Below are positions 56,878-64,000 of a DNA stretch of 64,000 bases, piece after piece. How positions within the stretch are numbered: position 1 is the stretch's first letter; the number at the start of each line of letters is the position of its first letter. The translations under genes were made by a program, and so were the position numbers. The notes under the pieces are model-generated. The model was not told the DNA's origin, ran no database searches, and worked only from the letters and a program-made list of their open reading frames with translations. This stretch comes from the human T2T-CHM13v2.0 reference genome, Homo sapiens, in the NCBI RefSeq assembly GCF_009914755.1, contig NC_060947.1; one strand, 5' to 3'.

Positions 56878-59800
56878 GGGAGAGTGCCATCAACAAGATC
56901 GTGAAACAGGATGCTGTTCATATTTCTCCACAGCAACAATAATTTTGCAGCCATCCACAGACAAAATTGTCTTTGTAGGAGCCTTGGAATTCAGGTACAA
57001 GTTTGTGAAACCCCTGCAGAACCCAAGACTTAGGAAGGTCATTTTGACAAGAGGTACCCACATCCAGATAACATACTTACTAACCTTTGTTTCAACTCCA
57101 GACCCGGAAACAGCCCCATCTACCTGTGGGCTCAGCTACAGCCCCATCTAGCTTTGGTCCTGCTACCAAAACCATCTGCCAAGAGGCCCAGGGGAATTAT
57201 GCATACTACTGCCTCAGGAGAGAGGCCTACTAACCTCAGTATCAGATGTGGACCTTGAAATAACACTGTAACTTATCTCCAGCCTTTCTTAGTAATTGTA
57301 CAAGATCAATCCTGCTCACATAAGGATCCAGAGGGAGACACACTTAGGTCCCTGGGGCAGGATTACCAACCTCACTCCCACAGCAGGTGCCTAAATGGCT
57401 CTGAATCCCATCTTCAGCCTCACCCAGCTTTGGTCTGAGAGCAATCCTTCCCACACAGGGACACAGAGGGAGGCATGCTTTGCTGTGCTCTGCAGGCAAG
57501 CCAGTTTACCTAGTTCCCATAGTAGATCATGAAACAGACCTAAAAAGTGGCATCAGCCCCCCTCAGCTGTAGCTTGAGAGCAGTCCTGCCCATGAAGAGA
57601 CCTGCAGGGAGAAATGACCATCAGTGACCTTGCAGGCGGACCTGATGTTCTCAGTCCCACTGTGGATCTTGAAATGGCCCCGTTATTTGGCTCCAGTGCC
57701 TCTCAACTGTAGTCTGATAGCAGGACTGCCCACCCAGGGACCCACCAGGAGAAATGCCAATCTGTGACCCCAGAAAAAGGCTGAAGACTTCAGTTTCAGC
57801 TTGTAGGCCCTAAAACAGCCCTGCAACTTGGTTCTAGCCCTTCTCAGCTGCAGACTACAGTAGTACTGCATGCCAAGGTACCCACTCAGTGATCCAACAA
57901 GAGCTTTCCCAGGGACTCAAAGTAAGTCACACCCATCCACATACCTAGTAACAGGCCTGCCATCTGTGGGCCCTGAATTGGGTGCTCATCCTGGCACCAG
58001 TCCTACAAACCAACATCCTAGAGACAGTCCAGTCACCCAGGGACCAGACAGGATCCACAGCTGCTAGAGCCCCTGATAATAGACCTGCCAACTGTGGACC
58101 CCAATTGCAGACCCAGCAGCAGCCACATTACCCAGTTCAAACCCCATTTGACTGTGATTCCAGAGGCATTCCATCAACCCAAGAACCTAACAGAAGAAGG
58201 CCTTAACTTACCAAAATCAGTCTGCAAAGACTGAAAGAGGAATTTCCTTCAAATACATGGACATCAATGCAAAGCTACACAAATAAGGAAGAATCAAGCA
58301 AATGTGAGCCACCAAAGGAAACAAATAAAGTTCCAATTACTGACGGCAAGAAATGGAGATCTACAAATTACCTGACAGAATTCAAAATGATCATCTTAAA
58401 GAAGCTCAGTGAGATTCAAGGAAACATAGATAGACAACTAAATAAAATTAATAGCCTAGGCAGCATGGGGAGACCTCATCTCTACAAAAATAATTAACTG
58501 GACATGTTGGAGTGTGCCTTATAGTACCAGCTACTTGGGATGCTGAGGCAGGAGGATTACTTGAACCCAGGAGGTAGGCTGCAGTAAGCCATGATCGCAC
58601 CACTGCACTCTAGCCTGGGCAACAGAGTGAGACTCCATCTCAAAAAAATAATAAAAACAAATAAATAAAATTAAGAAAATAATTCATGATCAAAGTGAGA
58701 AGTCTAATAAATAGGAATCATTTAAAAAGAACTAAATGGCGCTAAAGAATACAATGATAGAACTGAAGACTTCAATAGAGAGCTTCAACAGCAGACTCCA
58801 TCATACAGAAGAATTAGCACACTTGAAGAGAGAAAAGGAAAAGAAAGTTTATTTAAAGAAATACTGTCTGAAAACTTCAAATGTTGAGAAGGGATATAGA
58901 CCCCCCAGATTTATGAAGCTCAAAAGACCTCAAATGAAATAACTCAAAGAAGAATACTCCAAGGTACATTATATTCAAATTGTCAAAAGTCAAAGACAAA
59001 GCATCAAGAGATAAGAGATTCATCACATATAAGGGAACCCTCATAAGGCTACCATGAGACTTCTCAACAGAAAATCTTGCAAGCCAGGAGGGAGTAGGAT
59101 GGTATATACAAAGTGCTGAAAGAAAAGGAAACTACCAACTAGGAATATTATACCTGGCAAATCTGTCTTTTGGAAATGAAGGAGAAATAAAGACATTTAC
59201 AAGCAAAAGCTGAGGGAGTTCATCACCACTGGGCCTGTCTTACAAGAAATACTAAAAGAAGTTCTTAGAATTGAAACAAAAGGATGCTAATTAACAACAT
59301 GAAAACACATGAAAGTAAAAAACTCCATGGTAAAGGTAAATACATAGTCAAATTCAGAATACTTTGATAATGTAATAGTGGTATATAAATCACCTGTCTC
59401 TAGTATAAAAGTTATCTCTAGTATAAATGTTAAAAGACAAGACTGTTAAAAATAACTATAGCTATAACATTTTGTTAAAGGATACACAATATAAAGAGAT
59501 GAATTATGACATCAAAAACATAAAATGTTGGGGTAGACAAAAGTGTAGAGTTTTTAAAATAACCTTCTGTAAATATAAGATGTTCTGTCTAAGTCTTATG
59601 ATGACCACAAAACAAAACCTATAGTAAATACACAAAAGATAAACAGAAAGGAATCAAAGCATACCACCATAGAAAATCATCATATCACAAAGGAAGACAA
59701 AAAGAGGAAGAAAGAAACAAAGGACCTACAAAGCAACCAGAAAACAAGTAATAAAATGACAGTGATAAGTCCTTACCTATCAATAATTACCTTGAATGTA

Positions 59801-60100
59801 TAGGGATTAAAGTCTCCAATCAAAAGACAGAGTGACCGAATGGATTTAAAAAAAAAAAAAAGACCTAGTGACATTCTGCCCACAAGAGACTCATTTAAAC
59901 TTTGAGGAGACATATATTGAAAGTGAATAGATGAAAAAATATATTGCATACAAATGGAAACCAAAAGAGAGCAGGAGTAGCTGTGCTTATGTCAGACAAA
60001 ATAGACTTTAAGTCAAAAGCTGTAAAAAGAGACAAAGCAGGTAATTATATAATGAAAAAAGGGGTCAATTCATCAAGAGGATATAAAAATTATGAATATA
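56878..60100 (+). mobile_element. L1M 5' half (5' UTR, ORF1, start of ORF2), 3'-truncated, TSD-flanked; AluJ fragment at ~58453-58662
   Basis: ORF1 (EFKMIILKKLSEIQ) and EN (NQKRAGVAVLMSDKIDFK) remnants; TSD TAAGGCTGAAT at 56867-56877 and 60101-60111. Confidence 0.82.
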
Positions 60101-60113
60101 TAAGGCTGAATAA

Positions 60114-60808
<695 letters not shown>

Positions 60809-61447
60809 TAACAATAGTCTTCCAATTGGTGTGAAGTGGTGTCTCATTGTAGATTTGATTTGCATTTCCTTACTGATTAGTGAGGCTGAGTATCTTTCCA
60901 TGTGCTTATTGGCTCTTTGTATATCTTCTTTGGAGAAACATCTACTCAAATTCTTTAGCCAATTTTTAATTGTTTTTTGTCATTTGATTTTTTATTTATA
61001 TGGATTCTTTATATATTATGGGTATAAATCCCCTAACAAATATATGACTGTAAATATTTTCTCTCATTCTGTAGGTTTTTGTTTCACTTTCTTATGCTGT
61101 TCTTTGAAGCACACAGATTATACCTTTGATGATGTCTACTTTATCTATATTTTGTTGGTATTGCTTGTGCTTTTGGTGTCATATCTAAAAATTCATTTTC
61201 TAATCCAAGGTCATGAGACTTCATATCTGTTTTCTTCTAGCAGTTTTATAGTATTAGCTTTTCTAGTTAGGTCTCTATGGTCTACTTTGAGCTAATTTTG
61301 TGTATGGCATGAGGTAGAGGTCTAACTTCTTTCTTTTCCACGTGGATATTCGGTTGTCCAAGTACCATATGTATAAAAGGCTATGCTTTCCTCATTGACT
61401 TGCCTTGACATCCTCCTTCTTTTTATTAAATTCAAAGTGAGTACATG

Positions 61448-63279
61448 GTGAATGAACTCCCATTCATAATTGCCACAAAAAGAATAAAATACCTAGGAAT
61501 TCAGCTAACAAGGGAAGTGAAGGGCCTATTCAAGGAACACTACAAACCACTGCTCAAAGAATTCAGAGGTGACACAAACTAACGGAAAAACATTCCATGC
61601 TCATGGATAGGAAGAATCAATATTATGAAAATGGCCATACTGCCCAGAGCAATTTAAAGATTCAATGCCATTCACATTAAATTACCAGTGATATTCTTCA
61701 CAGAATTAGAAAAAACTATTTTAAAATTTATATGGAACCAAAAAAAAAAAGAGCCCAAATAACCAAGGTAATCCTAAGCAAAAAGAACAAAGCTAGAGAC
61801 ATCATGCTACCCAACTTTACTATATTACTATACTACCCAACTATACTATAGGGCTACAGTAACCAAAAGAGCATGGTACTGATACAAGAACAGACACATA
61901 GACCAATGGAACAGAATAGAGAACTCAGAAATAAGACTGCACATCTACAACCATCTGATCTTTGAGAGACCTGACAAAAACAAGCAATGGGGAAAGGATT
62001 CCCTGTTTAGTAAGTGGTGCTGGGAGAACTGGCTAGCCATATGAAGAAAATTGAAACTGGACCCCTTCCTTACACTATATATAAACATCAACTGAGGATG
62101 AATTAAAGACTTAAATGTAAAACTTTAACTATAAAACCCCTAGAAGAAAATCTAGGCAATACCATTCAATACAAGCAAAGATTTCATGATGAAAATGCCA
62201 AAGCAATTGCAACAAAAGCAAAAAATGACACATGGGACCTAATTAAACTAAAGAGCTTCCGCACAGCAAAAGAAACTATCAGCGGAGTAAACAGACAGCC
62301 TACAGAATGGGAGAAAATATTTGCAATCTATGCATCTGACAAATGCCTAATATCCAGCATCTGTAAGGAACTTAAACAAATTTACAAAAAAAAAACTCCA
62401 TTAAAAAGTGGGCAAAGGACATGAACAGCCACTTCTCAAAAGAAGACATATATGTGGCCAAAAACATATGAACAAAAGCTCAACATCACTGATCATTAGA
62501 GGAATACAAATCAAAACCATAGTGAGATACCATCTCATGCCAGTCAGAATGGCTATTATTAAAACGTCAAAAATAACAGATGCTGGCAAGGTTGTGGAGA
62601 AAAACAAACACTTTTACACTGTTGGTAGGAGTGTAAATTAGCTCAACCATTATGGAAAACAGTGTGGCGATTCCTCAAAGACCTAAGGACAGAAATACCA
62701 TTCTGCCCAGCAATCCCATTACTGGGGATGTACCCAAACCACTGTATATATTCGTTATATATGTGAAGCAATATAAATCGTTCTACTATAAAGACACATG
62801 CATGCATATGTCCATTGTAGCACTATTCACAATAGCAAAGACATGGAATCAACCTAAATGCTCCTCAACCATAGACTGGATAAAGAAAATGTGGTACATA
62901 TACACTATGGAATACTATGCAGCCATAAAAAGAACGAGATCATGTCCTTTGCAGGGACATGGATGGAGCTGGGGGCCGTTGTGCTTAGCAAACTAATGCA
63001 GGAACAGAAAACCAAGTACCACGTGTTCTCACTTATCAGTGGGAGCTAAATGATGAGAACACATGGACACATGGGGGGAAGAATACACACTGGGGCCTGT
63101 CAGAGGGTGGGGAGTGGGAGGAGAGAGAGGATCAGATAGAATAATTAGTGATGCTGGGCTTCATACCTGGGTGATGGGATGATCTGTGCAGCAAACCACC
63201 GTGGCACACGTTTACCTATGTAACAAACCTGTACATCCTGCACATGTACCCCTGAACTTATAAGTTGGAAATAAAAAAA
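61448..63279 (+). mobile_element. 5'-truncated L1PA (L1PA10/11-like)
   Basis: ORF2 3' region, 3' UTR and poly(A); TSD AAAGTGAGT(A/G)CATG at 61434-61447 and 63280-63293. Confidence 0.9.
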
Positions 63280-64000
63280 AAAGTGAGTGCATGAAGTTAG
63301 AAAAGGACGCAGGAGAAAATTTTTCATGTGGTGATCTTTAGAACCTAAGCTTTAAGTTTGTTAAACCTTCATGTTTCTCATGAGTAAAATATGGTAATGA
63401 GCTTAGTACGATACTGTTGATTACAAAGTATTGAGGGGTACATATCACATTTTCAGAAAGTATTTACCTTCACAGTCTGGAGTTATAAGGTATTTGTATG
63501 CTTCTTTGACAAATACCTGCAAATGTAAATATGCAGAAGGTTAATTGAGTTTTTGAATGCCATTTCTACTGAACAGGAGAGTTTCAGGTATAAATGTCTT
63601 TGCTATATGTAAACTAATATTACATGCTCTTTCAGCTTCTCTTTTTCATACCCAATAAAGCTTTTAGTAAATAAAAATGATGCAGATAGAGAAAATGCTT
63701 CTTGAGGTGTATTTTAATAGGAAAAGTTTCTGACCTGTCAGTCAGTTTTTAAAATTCCAGAGAAGTGTCTGCCATGGCTTTTTTTTTAGACACAAACTAA
63801 CAAAAATGTCACACTTATGCTGTGACCACAGCTACTATTGTCCCCACAGAGCTAGGGACCAAAAAATCTTCCAGTTCTAATAACATATTTGAATGCTAGG
63901 ATAAACCAATTGAAAAATAGATTAGAGCCACGAAGAACATTAGAGATCATGTAATATTTAGCTCACAAATTTAGTTTGTTTGACAGTGTTTTAACAATTA

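Noticed and set aside
62739-62767. Short TA-rich insert in the terminal L1PA
   Set aside because: Small slippage or filler event with no further structure

Overview
Primate (very probably human or great-ape) genomic DNA, AT-rich and dominated by interspersed repeats. I cannot support any intact host protein-coding gene: nearly all ORF-track entries are L1, Alu, HERV-L or microsatellite translations. Main elements: the 5' tip of a young L1PA (1-97); a TSD-flanked L1PA7-like element (2442-8246) that lost ~650 bp of ORF2 when a younger L1 3' fragment inserted; an L1PA13-like element (25370-32359) invaded by an L1PB carrying a 181-bp triplication; a 12-kb L1PB (35505-47809) holding a structurally complete but mutated HERV-L/MLT2A provirus (36567-43061); a CpG-rich, TSD-flanked retrocopy of an unidentified mRNA 3' UTR (49413-50357); a TSD-flanked L1M lacking its 3' end (56878-60100); and many Alu, MaLR, L2, MIR and hAT relics. 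The least explained structure is a ~106-bp, ~91%-identical inverted repeat of sequence I do not recognise as a repeat family (9102-9220 vs 10018-10131). It brackets a 153-nt exon-like segment just downstream of an L1 antisense promoter, so it is a candidate dsRNA or circRNA module. Subfamily names are from memory of consensus sequences, not from a search; boundaries without TSDs are approximate.
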